From assembly GCA_035715365.1 (NCBI GenBank), contig DASTLB010000022.1:16242-80241 (forward strand): a stretch of DNA of 64,000 nt, read 5' to 3'. Shown piece by piece: positions 38,581-47,686 of the stretch. A model generated the notes under the pieces. The model did not search any database and had not been told where the DNA came from. It saw only the letters and a list, made by a program, of their open reading frames with translations. The number at the start of each line of letters is the position of its first letter. Position 1 is the first letter of the stretch. The stretch comes from Kofleriaceae bacterium. GTDB lineage: Bacteria > Myxococcota_A > Polyangia > Haliangiales > Haliangiaceae. The position numbers and the translations under genes are program-made.

Positions 38581-39858
38581 ATGCGGCATCTGCTCGTGTG
38601 GGGAGCTCTGGCGGGTACAGCGTGCACGGATCTCGCGCTCGAAGACGCCGACCAGCAGGCGACCGATCGCATCGTCACAGTCCACGTGCTGGGACGGCAT
38701 TATCCGGCACGGATCGTCGAGGGGATCGACGTCCTGTTCTTCACGGCCGAGGGCGAGCTGCGCCAGCGCACCGTCACCGACGCGGCCGGCATCGCAACGG
38801 GACACATCGGCAACGGCGGCTCGGTCACGATCGTCGAGCCCGTGGCACGACGCCTCGTGACCGTCTCCGATGTCGAGCCAGGGGATGACATCACCGTCGG
38901 CGATCTCGGCCCGACGCCCTACGCTCAGCTACGGACGATGACGCTCGAGGTGCCGCCGCACCCGAACGCAGCGCACTACCTCGTGCAGAGCCGCTGCGCG
39001 TGGTCCTTCTACTACGCGCCGCTCTCGACCACGATCGAGGTCCAGCTCACGCAGGAGTGCACCGACCACGAGCCGCTGGTCGTCACCGCGCACGATAGCG
39101 CCGACACGATCATCGGCTACCTGTACGATCCCGCCGTGCCGATCGCCGCCGGGGGCTCGGCGACGCTCGCGGGTCCATGGCTCGCGCCGCTCGACTTCCA
39201 GATCGACATCATCCGCGATCCGCGCGACGCCGGCTTCAACATGCTGCTCCAGCGAATGCAGGGCGGCCGTCCGATCTACGCGTTCAACCCGGGCACGCGC
39301 TCGTTCCATGGCGACACGTACCAGGAAACCTATCCGGTCGCCGGCGGCGGCGACGGCACGCTGGTGATGTTCGAGTTCCCGAACTTCACGGACGGCTTCG
39401 TCTACCAGCTCGATTACCGTCCCGAGGTGACCACCGCGTTCACTGCCGACCTCCGCGCGAACGATCTCGCACGGGTCCGCGACGGCCTGCCGCTGTACGC
39501 AGGTCCCGGTCCGAACGACGGCTTCGAGGGCATGTCATGGTCGCTCGACGGTCCCAGCCCCGACGTCAGCGACGGCATGATCGTGAACCTCGAGGCCGTC
39601 GACGACGAATACAACCTGACGCGGTGGACGTTCGTGCTTCCCCCGGGAACGCAGGGCGAGCTGCGTGCTCCTGCGCTGCCCGACGACCTCGCAATCGTCT
39701 GGGAGGGCCTGCACTACGACTACAACCGCGTGCTCAGCGCGGATACGCCATCGAGCGGATATCGCGAGTTCCTGCGCGATGCCGAGACGCAGTGGCCGTT
39801 CTACTGGATGTACCAGCCGACGCAGGCCCGGCGCGTGACCGTCACCGCTGCGTACTGA
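38581..39858 (+). CDS. Secreted/lipoprotein hypothetical protein (425 aa)
   Basis: Internal ATG gives MRHLLVWGALAGTACTD; natural composition; the upstream part of track ORF 38404..39858 is the overlapping wrong frame. Confidence 0.55.
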   Translation: MRHLLVWGALAGTACTDLALEDADQQATDRIVTVHVLGRHYPARIVEGIDVLFFTAEGELRQRTVTDAAGIATGHIGNGGSVTIVEPVARRLVTVSDVEPGDDITVGDLGPTPYAQLRTMTLEVPPHPNAAHYLVQSRCAWSFYYAPLSTTIEVQLTQECTDHEPLVVTAHDSADTIIGYLYDPAVPIAAGGSATLAGPWLAPLDFQIDIIRDPRDAGFNMLLQRMQGGRPIYAFNPGTRSFHGDTYQETYPVAGGGDGTLVMFEFPNFTDGFVYQLDYRPEVTTAFTADLRANDLARVRDGLPLYAGPGPNDGFEGMSWSLDGPSPDVSDGMIVNLEAVDDEYNLTRWTFVLPPGTQGELRAPALPDDLAIVWEGLHYDYNRVLSADTPSSGYREFLRDAETQWPFYWMYQPTQARRVTVTAAY

Positions 39859-39860
39859 CG

Positions 39861-40373
39861 TCAGTCCTCGACGAGCGGCAACAGCGGGGCGCTCTCGTCA
39901 TTCGCGGCGACCGGCACCGAGCCGTGACGCGTCAGCAGACGCAGCGAGCGCAGGATCGATTCGGCGGCCGGCCACTCGGGGCGCGCCGAGCGAATCGTGA
40001 CGAGCACGCCGGCATCGACGCCGAGATCCGGCGCCATCGCGAACACGTGGACGTAGCGCAGCGGATCGTCGGTGATCGCGTCGGCGCGATAGCCGCTCAC
40101 GCCGGGCAACACGACGGCGACCGCCGGGGCTCCGCCGGCGCGCTCGCTCGCCTTCGCCGCGAGGATGCCGTCGCGATCGATCACGAGCGCCGCGGCGAAC
40201 ACTTCGACCGCGAGCTCGCCGATCGGCCGGCCGTCCGCGCGCTGCTCCGAGCACCGCACCGCACCGACGTCCGGTGTGATCGGTAGCTCGGTCTCGAGCT
40301 CGAAGCCGATCGCCGGCAGACCCTGCGCCCGCGATGCGGTCGGCAGCTGTCGGTAGGGCTTCGAAGAGGCCAT
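39861..40373 (-). CDS. Hypothetical protein
   Basis: Moderately natural composition; no recognised motif; opposite-strand ORFs are Arg-rich. Confidence 0.4.
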   Translation of the reverse strand: MASSKPYRQLPTASRAQGLPAIGFELETELPITPDVGAVRCSEQRADGRPIGELAVEVFAAALVIDRDGILAAKASERAGGAPAVAVVLPGVSGYRADAITDDPLRYVHVFAMAPDLGVDAGVLVTIRSARPEWPAAESILRSLRLLTRHGSVPVAANDESAPLLPLVED

Positions 40374-40486
40374 CCCATGGATAGTATTACGGGAGCGCCC
40401 GGTGATGTCAGCGATGTTGCAGCGGGCCGGGCGCGGAGAGGCGATGCCATGGACGGGCTGGGGGATCCGCTGGAGATCGCTTTACA

Positions 40487-41815
40487 ATGCGGTTCATGAG
40501 GACGGCCGTCACGTGCGCCCTCGTGGCGGCATGGGGAACCTGCGTGGTCGCGTGCTCGCCGTTCTCGGGCGGCGGCGCGTTCACGTGCACCGACTCGACC
40601 CAGTGCAGCAGCGCGGGCGTGATGGGCACGTGCGAGCCGAACGGGTTCTGCAGCTTCCTCGATCCGAACTGTCCGTCGGGCTCGCGCTACGGCAGCTCTT
40701 CGGGGCCGAACTCGGATCGCTGCGTCGGCGAGGAGGTCCCGATCGACGCGCGCGAAGCCGATGCGACGGTGATCGACATGCCGCTCGCGATCGATGCGGC
40801 GTGCGATATCGGCGGCCTCGATCTGTGCGCGCGCCAGCCGCTCGGGCCGCTCAACGTCGCGGTGTCCGAGACGCTGAACACGAACGACGATCCGCGCTGC
40901 CAGGATCTGAGCCAGGGCACGGGCCCGACCGCGTGCCTCGTCTACGTGTCGTCGGTGTCCGTCGGCGCGGGCGCAACGCTGCAGGCGATCGGCGACCGGC
41001 CGCTCGTGATCGCCTCGGTCGGATCGATCGCCGTGTTCGGCACGATCGACGCCTCGAGCTATCGCAACGGACCGACCGGCGCGGGCGCGAACTTCTCGAC
41101 GTGCGCGCCGAAGACGCTCGCGGCCGATGATCCAGGTGGTGGCGGCGGCGCGGCCGGCGGATCGTTCCGCGGCCAGGGCGGCGACGGCGGCACCGGCGAC
41201 AGCGACGACAGCTTGCCGCCGAACCAGGGCACCGGCACGCCGGGCACCGCGGCGGATCCGATCGGTCCACCCGAGTTCGCGCGCGGCGGCTGCCCGGGCG
41301 CGCGCGGCGGCAACGAAGGCACCGCTGGCGGTGATGGCCGCGGTGGAAGCGGTGGCTCCGGCGGCGGCGCGCTGTGGCTGTTCGCGAACGACGTGATCAG
41401 CGTCAACGGGATCGTCCGCGCGACCGGCGCGGGTGGCAACGGCGGCCAGAAGCAGGCGGGCGGCGGCGGCGGCGGATCCGGCGGCTACATCAAGCTCGTC
41501 GCGAGCTCGATCAATGTCGGCGGCGTCATCTCGGCGAACGGCGGCGGCGGCGGCGAGGGTGGTTGCACCTGCAACAGCCTGCCGCTCACCGGCGACTTCG
41601 GCGGTAACGGTAACGCGAGCAACGTGCAGGCCGATGGCGGCAGCTCGTTCGCGATGCCCGGCGGCGACGGTGGCCGCGCGAGCGCGAACACGCTCCTCGA
41701 CGGCAGCAACGGTCAATCGTCGGCGGTCGGCGGCGGTGGTGGTGGCGGCGGCGCGGGGTTCGTCGTGCTCGTCGGAAACACGACGATCACCGGCATCGTC
41801 ACGCCCGTGCCGTGA
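40487..41815 (+). CDS. Gly-rich secreted lipoprotein (Cys-rich N-domain, poly-Gly/Asn/Ser C-terminal region)
   Basis: MRFMRTAVTCALVAAWGTCVVACS signal plus lipobox; 10 Cys in the first 120 residues; GGxGGxG-type repeats suggest a beta-helix/adhesin-like fold. Confidence 0.6.
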   Translation: MRFMRTAVTCALVAAWGTCVVACSPFSGGGAFTCTDSTQCSSAGVMGTCEPNGFCSFLDPNCPSGSRYGSSSGPNSDRCVGEEVPIDAREADATVIDMPLAIDAACDIGGLDLCARQPLGPLNVAVSETLNTNDDPRCQDLSQGTGPTACLVYVSSVSVGAGATLQAIGDRPLVIASVGSIAVFGTIDASSYRNGPTGAGANFSTCAPKTLAADDPGGGGGAAGGSFRGQGGDGGTGDSDDSLPPNQGTGTPGTAADPIGPPEFARGGCPGARGGNEGTAGGDGRGGSGGSGGGALWLFANDVISVNGIVRATGAGGNGGQKQAGGGGGGSGGYIKLVASSINVGGVISANGGGGGEGGCTCNSLPLTGDFGGNGNASNVQADGGSSFAMPGGDGGRASANTLLDGSNGQSSAVGGGGGGGGAGFVVLVGNTTITGIVTPVP

Positions 41816-41819
41816 TCGA

Positions 41820-43772
41820 TCAGGGCGCGTTCGCCGGGCGCTGCAGCTTGCTCGCGATGCGGATCAGCTTGAGCGCCTCGGCGCGATAGCCCTCGGCGTC
41901 CTTGCCGAGCGAGCCCTCGGCGAGCGTCTCGACCTGCTTCCACGACAGGTTGCCGCGGTGCTGCGAGTCGCGAAGCATCATGCCGAAGCCGGCGATCGCC
42001 GTGGCCCAGCGGTAGTCGATCGACGTCTTCGCGAGCTCGACCTGCTGGTTCTGCACCGCGCGCGACAGCAGCTTCGACTTGCTCTCGCTCGGCGCCTTGT
42101 AGCGGATCTTCACCGTCAGCAGCTCGCCGGTCTTCGCGGCCGCGCTCGGCGTCGCCTTGCCCTGGTACTTGAGATCGTCGACGCCGGCGGTCGGCACCGG
42201 CATGCCCGCCGGCACGATCTCGTAGATCGCGGTCACCGAGTGGCCGGCACCGATGTCACCGGCGTCCTTCTTGTCGTCGTTGAAGTCCTCGTGCCGCATG
42301 ATGCGGTTCTCGTAGCCGACGAGCCGGTAGCCCGCGACGGTCTCCGGGTTGAACTCGACCTGCAGCTTGACGTCCTTCGCGACCGTCACGAGCGTCGCGC
42401 CGGCTTCCTTGACGAGCACCTTGCGCGCCTCGGCGATCGAGTCGATGTACGCGTAGTTGCCGTTGCCGCGATCGGCGAGCTTCTCCATCGTCGAGTCCTT
42501 CGTGTTGCCCATGCCGAAGCCGAGCACGGTGAGGAAGATGCCGCGCTCGCGCTCCTTCTCGATCAGCCGCGCCAGATCGCCTTCGCTCGTGATGCCGACG
42601 TTGAAGTCACCGTCGGTGCACAGGATGACGCGGTTGATCGCGCCCTTCGCCAGCGACTTCTCGGCCATGTCGTACGCGAGCTGGATGCCGGCCGCGCCGT
42701 TCGTCGAGCCGCCGGCCTCGAGCGAGAACACGGCCTGGCGGATCGTGTCCTTCTCGCGGCCGCTCGTCGGCGTCAGCACGATGCCGGTGTTGCCGGCGTA
42801 GACGACGATCGAGACCTTGTCCTGCGGGCGCAGCGTGTCGATCAGGAGGCCCATCGCCTGCTTGAGCAGCGGCAGCTTGTTCGCGTCCATCATCGAGCCC
42901 GACACGTCGAGCAGGAACGTCAGGTTGCGCGGCGGCACCTGGCGATCGTCGATCACCGGCGCCTTGAGGCCGATGCGCACGAGCTGGTGCTTCGTGTTCC
43001 ACGGGCTCGGGCCGACCTCGGTCGTGATCGAGAACGGATCGCCCTTCTGCGCCGGCGGCAGGTCGTACGTGAAGTAGTTGATGAGCTCCTCGATCCGGAC
43101 CGCGTCCTTCGGCGGCAGGCTGCCACCCTTGAGGAACCGGCGGACGTTCGAGTACGACGCGGTGTCGACGTCCGCCGAGAACGTCGACAGCGGCGCGGTG
43201 CGCGTCTTGAAGAACGGGTTGTCGTCGATCTTCGCGTACTGCTCGGTGTTGTGAGCCGGATCGTTGTCGATCACCATCGGACCGGCCGCCGGGCTCGGCG
43301 ACGCGGGCATCCGACCGGCGATCTTGCGCTTCATCGCGACGACCGGCGGCGGCGCCGGCGACTCCTTCGCGAGCGGCGCGTCCGGCTTCGGCTCGGCGAG
43401 CGGCGTCTTCGCGGTGTCCTTCGGCGAATTCTGCGGCGCGATCGCGAGCATCAAGCTCACCGACGTGGTCTTGCCGGCCGTGACCGTGACCGCGGTCGTG
43501 CGTGCGCCATGACCGGGCGCGGTCGCGGTCAGCGTGCAGCTGCCCGGCGGCAGCCCGCCGAGGCTGAAGTGACCGCTCGCATCGGTCGCGGCCGCGCGCG
43601 GCACGCCGCCGCACACGACGCGCACCGAGGCGCCGCTGATCGCGACGCGTCCGTCGGTGATCGTGCCATCGATCGTGCCGAGCGCGTCGGCGCTCGACAG
43701 CTGCCGGATCCCGAGGACCACGGCGATGATCACGAACAGCTCGAACACCTGCGACGGCCTGCCTCTGCGCAT
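41820..43772 (-). CDS. von Willebrand factor A domain protein, YfbK-like, with N-terminal carboxypeptidase-regulatory-like domain
   Basis: VWA MIDAS motif DVSGSM...T; conserved YfbK N-region (…IEELINYF…); N-terminal TM/signal; Ig-like/CarboxypepD_reg-type domain (…SGASVRVV…DASGHFSLGGLPPGSCTLTA…). Confidence 0.8.
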   Translation of the reverse strand: MRRGRPSQVFELFVIIAVVLGIRQLSSADALGTIDGTITDGRVAISGASVRVVCGGVPRAAATDASGHFSLGGLPPGSCTLTATAPGHGARTTAVTVTAGKTTSVSLMLAIAPQNSPKDTAKTPLAEPKPDAPLAKESPAPPPVVAMKRKIAGRMPASPSPAAGPMVIDNDPAHNTEQYAKIDDNPFFKTRTAPLSTFSADVDTASYSNVRRFLKGGSLPPKDAVRIEELINYFTYDLPPAQKGDPFSITTEVGPSPWNTKHQLVRIGLKAPVIDDRQVPPRNLTFLLDVSGSMMDANKLPLLKQAMGLLIDTLRPQDKVSIVVYAGNTGIVLTPTSGREKDTIRQAVFSLEAGGSTNGAAGIQLAYDMAEKSLAKGAINRVILCTDGDFNVGITSEGDLARLIEKERERGIFLTVLGFGMGNTKDSTMEKLADRGNGNYAYIDSIAEARKVLVKEAGATLVTVAKDVKLQVEFNPETVAGYRLVGYENRIMRHEDFNDDKKDAGDIGAGHSVTAIYEIVPAGMPVPTAGVDDLKYQGKATPSAAAKTGELLTVKIRYKAPSESKSKLLSRAVQNQQVELAKTSIDYRWATAIAGFGMMLRDSQHRGNLSWKQVETLAEGSLGKDAEGYRAEALKLIRIASKLQRPANAP

Positions 43773-43840
43773 GGCCTCGTAGAACGCACCGCCAAAAGCT
43801 GCGATCTAACGGCGTGTCACCGGGCTGTCATGTCGCGGGG

Positions 43841-44464
43841 TTAGCCGTCGTAGTCGGCGGACCACGCGGGCCGGAACATCACCGCGATCCGCGGCCCGAG
43901 CGCCTGCGCGACCTTCGGGATCCCGTGGCGCCACGTGCGCTGGCAGGTCCCGCCCATCACGCACAGATCGCCGTGGCCGAGCTGGTAGGCGATCGACGAT
44001 CCACCCTCGGTCGGCTTCAGCAGGAACCGGCGCGGCTGCCCGAGCGACACCGTCGCGACGAGCGCCTCGACCATGTTGCGCGCGGTCGTGTCGCCGTGGA
44101 ACGCGACGCTGTCGCTGCCATCGCGGTAGAGCGCGGCGGTCGTCCGCACGAACTCCTCGCCGTAACGCTCGGACAGCGCGAGCCGGATCTGATCGATCAC
44201 GGCAAACTCGTCGGTGCGCGGGATCTTCGCGAGCAGGCGCGGCGTCGCGACGACGCGGTCGTACATCTTGCGGTTCTCGGTGCGCCACGCGAGCCCGCGC
44301 TCGAGCCGCTCGAACAGCGCGTCGTGACCGTGCACGAAGCTGCGCTGGTAATCGACCCACGCGCCGTACGCGAGCTCGCGGCGCTCGAGCGACGCGAACG
44401 CGCGATCGAACGTGATCTCGGGCGCGATCGCCGGCGCGGCGAACAGATCGAGCTGGCGGATCAC
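43841..44464 (-). CDS. alkB: AlkB-family Fe(II)/2-oxoglutarate dioxygenase (oxidative DNA/RNA demethylase)
   Basis: HxD...H iron triad context (AFHGDTT ... H) and the R...R 2OG-binding tail; 207 aa. Confidence 0.7.
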   Translation of the reverse strand: MIRQLDLFAAPAIAPEITFDRAFASLERRELAYGAWVDYQRSFVHGHDALFERLERGLAWRTENRKMYDRVVATPRLLAKIPRTDEFAVIDQIRLALSERYGEEFVRTTAALYRDGSDSVAFHGDTTARNMVEALVATVSLGQPRRFLLKPTEGGSSIAYQLGHGDLCVMGGTCQRTWRHGIPKVAQALGPRIAVMFRPAWSADYDG

Positions 44465-44482
44465 CCGGCGGGTGTAGCAGCT

Positions 44483-44905
44483 CTAGATCGGATCCGCGAA
44501 CGCGGCGATCCGTCGCTGCAGCTCCGCATTCTGCTGATCGTGCGGCAGCAGGCAGAGCTGCACGAGCCAGTCGGTCGCACACACCGGCTGCGTCGCGCCG
44601 CCCTGCTCCTGCCGCCACCGCAGCATCACGGCCGGCGACGCACGATCGACGACGCGGATCAGGTTGTTGACATAGCCCTCGCTGCGGCCGAGCGCGCGCG
44701 CGATCCTCGGCCCGCTCCATCCCTTGTCGCGCAGCAGCTTGCACCACATCGCGAGATCGCACGTCCCGGCGAACGTGATCTCGAGCTTCTCCGACGCCGG
44801 CTCCGGCGTGACCGGCTCGGTCGGCGGCTCGGACCCGGGCGTCTGTCCATTGGCTTGGTTCACGGCTGTCTCCACGGCTCGCAGGGAAGACGCCTCCAGT
44901 GGCAC
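44483..44905 (-). CDS. Small ParB-like HTH protein
   Basis: WSGPRIARALGRSEGYVNNLIRVV resembles the ParB/KorB HTH box (...G.S...V.N.LRLL...); start uncertain. Confidence 0.45.
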   Translation of the reverse strand: MPLEASSLRAVETAVNQANGQTPGSEPPTEPVTPEPASEKLEITFAGTCDLAMWCKLLRDKGWSGPRIARALGRSEGYVNNLIRVVDRASPAVMLRWRQEQGGATQPVCATDWLVQLCLLPHDQQNAELQRRIAAFADPI

Positions 44906-44916
44906 GATTCATTCCG

Positions 44917-45426
44917 ATGGCTGGCTACTCGGGTACAGCATCTGCTGCCTCGCAAGCTCGGCAAACCCCACTGCCACAGAAGCTCGGGATCAAGGAGGGC
45001 CATACCGTGGTGACGCTACGAGCGCCGCGCGGTTTCGCCCTGACGAGCCTGCCGGCGGGTGCGACGGTCCGCACGCGGCTGGGCAGCAGCGGGATCTACG
45101 ATGTCATCGTCGTGTTCGTGAACAATCGCGACGAGCTCGAGGTCCAACTCGCGGCGTGCAGGCCGCACCTGCGCGACAACGGCGGGCTGTGGATCGCGTG
45201 GCCGAAGAAGTCGTCGGGGATCGCGACCGATCTCGTCGAGCAGACGATCCGCGACGTCGCGCTGCCGACCGGGCTCGTCGACAACAAGGTGTGCGCGATC
45301 GACGACACGTGGTCCGGGCTGCGGCTCGTGATCAGGCTCGAGAACCGCGCGCCGAAGCCGGCACCGGAGCCGAAGCGAGCCGCGCGCGCGCCTGCGCGAA
45401 CACGGCGTCGAGCATCGCCTCGGTGA
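44917..45426 (+). CDS. DUF3052-like protein
   Basis: Begins MAGYSGT.LPQKLGIKEGHTV, characteristic of DUF3052; the 3' ~95 nt overlap the convergent UDG gene, so the C-terminus is uncertain. Confidence 0.5.
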   Translation: MAGYSGTASAASQARQTPLPQKLGIKEGHTVVTLRAPRGFALTSLPAGATVRTRLGSSGIYDVIVVFVNNRDELEVQLAACRPHLRDNGGLWIAWPKKSSGIATDLVEQTIRDVALPTGLVDNKVCAIDDTWSGLRLVIRLENRAPKPAPEPKRAARAPARTRRRASPR

Positions 45427-46066
45427 GCTTGCCGGTGAACGTGTTCTGCTGGCTGACGTGATACGAGCCGATCACGTCCCACGGTCCGAGCTGCGCGAAC
45501 GCACCGTGTCCGAACTTCGGACGAGGCCGCGGGATCGCGTGGTCGAGCTCGGCGGCCGCGAGCAGGATGCCATCCCACGCGAACCCGCCGAGTGCGATCA
45601 CGACGCGCACGCTCGGCAGCGCCGCGAGCTCGCGCACGAGGAACCGGATGCAGCGATCGCGCTCCTTCGGCGTCGGCTTGTTGTCCGGTGGTGCACAGCG
45701 CACGACCGTCGAGACGTACGCGTCGGTCAGCACCATGCCGTCGTCGCGCGCCGTCGACGCTGCCTGGCTCGCGAACCCGGCGCGATGGAGCGCGGCGTAC
45801 AGCCAGTCGCCCGAGCGATCGCCGGTGAACACGCGACCGGTGCGATTGCCACCGTGTGCCGCCGGTGCGAGCCCGAGCACGAGCAGTCGCGCGGCGGGAT
45901 CGCCGAAGCCGGTGATCGGTCGCGCCCAGTACGACTGGCCGACGAAGCGTTTCGGAGGCTCGTTCGCCGCAGCTTCGCGACAGCGCACGAGTCGCGCGCA
46001 TTTTCTGCAGCTCGTGATCTCGTCGGAGAGCGCGAGAAGCGGCGTCACTTCACGAGGCCCGATCAC
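45332..46066 (-). CDS. Uracil-DNA glycosylase superfamily protein, family 4/5 (UdgB-like)
   Basis: Motif A variant GLAPAAHGGNRTGRVFTGDRSG (Glu of family-4 GEGPG replaced by Ala, as in family 5); motif B HVSQQN; N-terminal Cys cluster CRKCARLVRC suggests 4Fe-4S. Confidence 0.7.
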   Translation of the reverse strand: MIGPREVTPLLALSDEITSCRKCARLVRCREAAANEPPKRFVGQSYWARPITGFGDPAARLLVLGLAPAAHGGNRTGRVFTGDRSGDWLYAALHRAGFASQAASTARDDGMVLTDAYVSTVVRCAPPDNKPTPKERDRCIRFLVRELAALPSVRVVIALGGFAWDGILLAAAELDHAIPRPRPKFGHGAFAQLGPWDVIGSYHVSQQNTFTGKLTEAMLDAVFAQARARLASAPVPASARGSRA

Positions 46067-46164
46067 GTCGCGAGTATCGCGAGTCCTCGACGGCGACGAG
46101 TGGCAAACAGATAAGAATTTGATCCTCGCCTCTTGTTAAATCGTCTCACGAGCCGCATGTGTGA

Positions 46165-46185
46165 TTCGTGACTCCACGAGTCATG
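46165..46185. promoter_or_regulatory. Imperfect inverted repeat TCGTGACTC-CAC-GAGTCATGA in an AT-rich 5' region of the 3-hydroxyacyl-CoA dehydrogenase gene
   Basis: 8/9 arm match; lies in the 260-bp intergenic region, the longest in the window, near AT-rich AAACAGATAAGAATTTGATCC. Confidence 0.3.
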
Positions 46186-46327
46186 ACCGCACGCGTGCCC
46201 GTTCGTGGCGCGGCGGCATCGCACAGCCGGGGACGAACCCACTGTTCGAGATGCGCACGAACATGACCGTCACATGTCCGCGCGCTGTCACGGTGGGCGG
46301 TATGTGTCTTGCTCGAACAGAGAGGCC

Positions 46328-47644
46328 ATGACTCGCATGAGATCGATTCGGAAGGTTGTCATTCTGGGTGCGAACGGTGCGATGGGATCGGGGTCGGGCG
46401 CTGTGTTCGCGGCAGCGGGGATCCCGACGGTGTTCCTCGCCCGGACACTCGAGAAGGCCGAAGCGGGTCGCACGCGTGCCGAGCAGCTCGGCAAGGGCAA
46501 GGTGCCCTCGTCGATGATCAGCTGCGGCTGCTACTCGACGGATCTCGAGCACGCGCTCGCCGATGCCGATCTCGTGTTCGAGGCGGTCGCCGAGGATCTG
46601 CCGACGAAGCGCGAGACGTTCGCGCGCATCGATCGACTGCGCAACCCGAACACGATCGTCGCGACGGTGTCGTCGGGGCTGTCGATCGGCGCGATGTGCG
46701 CGGATCGCAGCGAAGGCTTTCGCAAGAACTTCCTCGGCATTCACTTCTTCAACCCGCCGACGATCATCGTCGGCTGCGAGCTGATCCCGCACGCGGGCAC
46801 GGACCCGGGCGTCGTCGCCGTGGTGCGCGACTTCCTCGCCTCGATCGTCGGCCGCGAGGTCGTCGAGACGCGCGACACGCCGGCGTTCTGCGGCAACCGC
46901 CTCGGCTTCAAGGTGCTGAACGAGGTCGCGCAGCTCGCCGAGGAGCACGGCGTCGCGTTCATGGATCAGCTCGTCGGTCCGCACACCGGACGCGCGCTGC
47001 CGCCGCTCGCGACGATCGATCTCGTCGGCTGGGACGTCCACAAGGCGATCGTCGACAACCTGTACCAGACCACGCACGACGTCGCGCACGAGCAGTTCAA
47101 GCTGCCGGCGTACATGCAGCGCGGGATCGATCGCGGCCACCTCGGCCGCAAGACGCGCGACAAGGGCGGGTTCTTCCGCATGGAAGGCAAGGGTCCCGAC
47201 GCACGGCACTTCGCGCTCGATCCGAAGACCGGCGACTACCGGCCGCTCGCGGAGATCGCACCGCCGCTGCCGGCGTTCGTCGAGCGCATGAAGTCCGCGA
47301 TCAAGGACGCGCGCCACACCGGCGCGATGGAGGTGCTGTGCAGCGCCGACGGCAAGGAAGCCGAGCTGCTGCGCAAGGTCGTGCTCGGCTACATCTCGTA
47401 CGGGCTCGGGCTCGTCGGCGAGGTCGTCGAGCGGCCGCGCGACGTCGATCGGATCATGTCGTTCGGCTTCAACTGGGCCCCTCCCGGCATGCTGGTCGAC
47501 GCGATCGGCCCGGGCCGCACGATCGTGATGCTCGAGCAGACGAAGCTGCCGATCCCGGACTGCGTGCTCGACGCCGCGACCCACCAGCGGCCGCTGTTCA
47601 ACGAGCCGCGCGTCGACAGCTCGCGCTTCTTCGTCGCGGCCTGA
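46328..47644 (+). CDS. 3-hydroxyacyl-CoA dehydrogenase family protein (NAD-binding plus C-terminal dimerisation domains)
   Basis: Rossmann VVILGANGAMGSG; 3HCDH signatures (…FFNPP…, ETRDTPAFCGNRL); GAGAGG RBS. Confidence 0.8.
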   Translation: MTRMRSIRKVVILGANGAMGSGSGAVFAAAGIPTVFLARTLEKAEAGRTRAEQLGKGKVPSSMISCGCYSTDLEHALADADLVFEAVAEDLPTKRETFARIDRLRNPNTIVATVSSGLSIGAMCADRSEGFRKNFLGIHFFNPPTIIVGCELIPHAGTDPGVVAVVRDFLASIVGREVVETRDTPAFCGNRLGFKVLNEVAQLAEEHGVAFMDQLVGPHTGRALPPLATIDLVGWDVHKAIVDNLYQTTHDVAHEQFKLPAYMQRGIDRGHLGRKTRDKGGFFRMEGKGPDARHFALDPKTGDYRPLAEIAPPLPAFVERMKSAIKDARHTGAMEVLCSADGKEAELLRKVVLGYISYGLGLVGEVVERPRDVDRIMSFGFNWAPPGMLVDAIGPGRTIVMLEQTKLPIPDCVLDAATHQRPLFNEPRVDSSRFFVAA

Positions 47645-47686
47645 CGATTTCTGTGCAACGAACCGGGCGGGTCTGCATCAGGCGGC

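Noticed and set aside
46067-46327. tRNA or small RNA in the longest intergenic region
   Set aside because: No cloverleaf-compatible acceptor/T-arm (GTTCRANYC) pattern found by eye. Treated as a promoter region instead.
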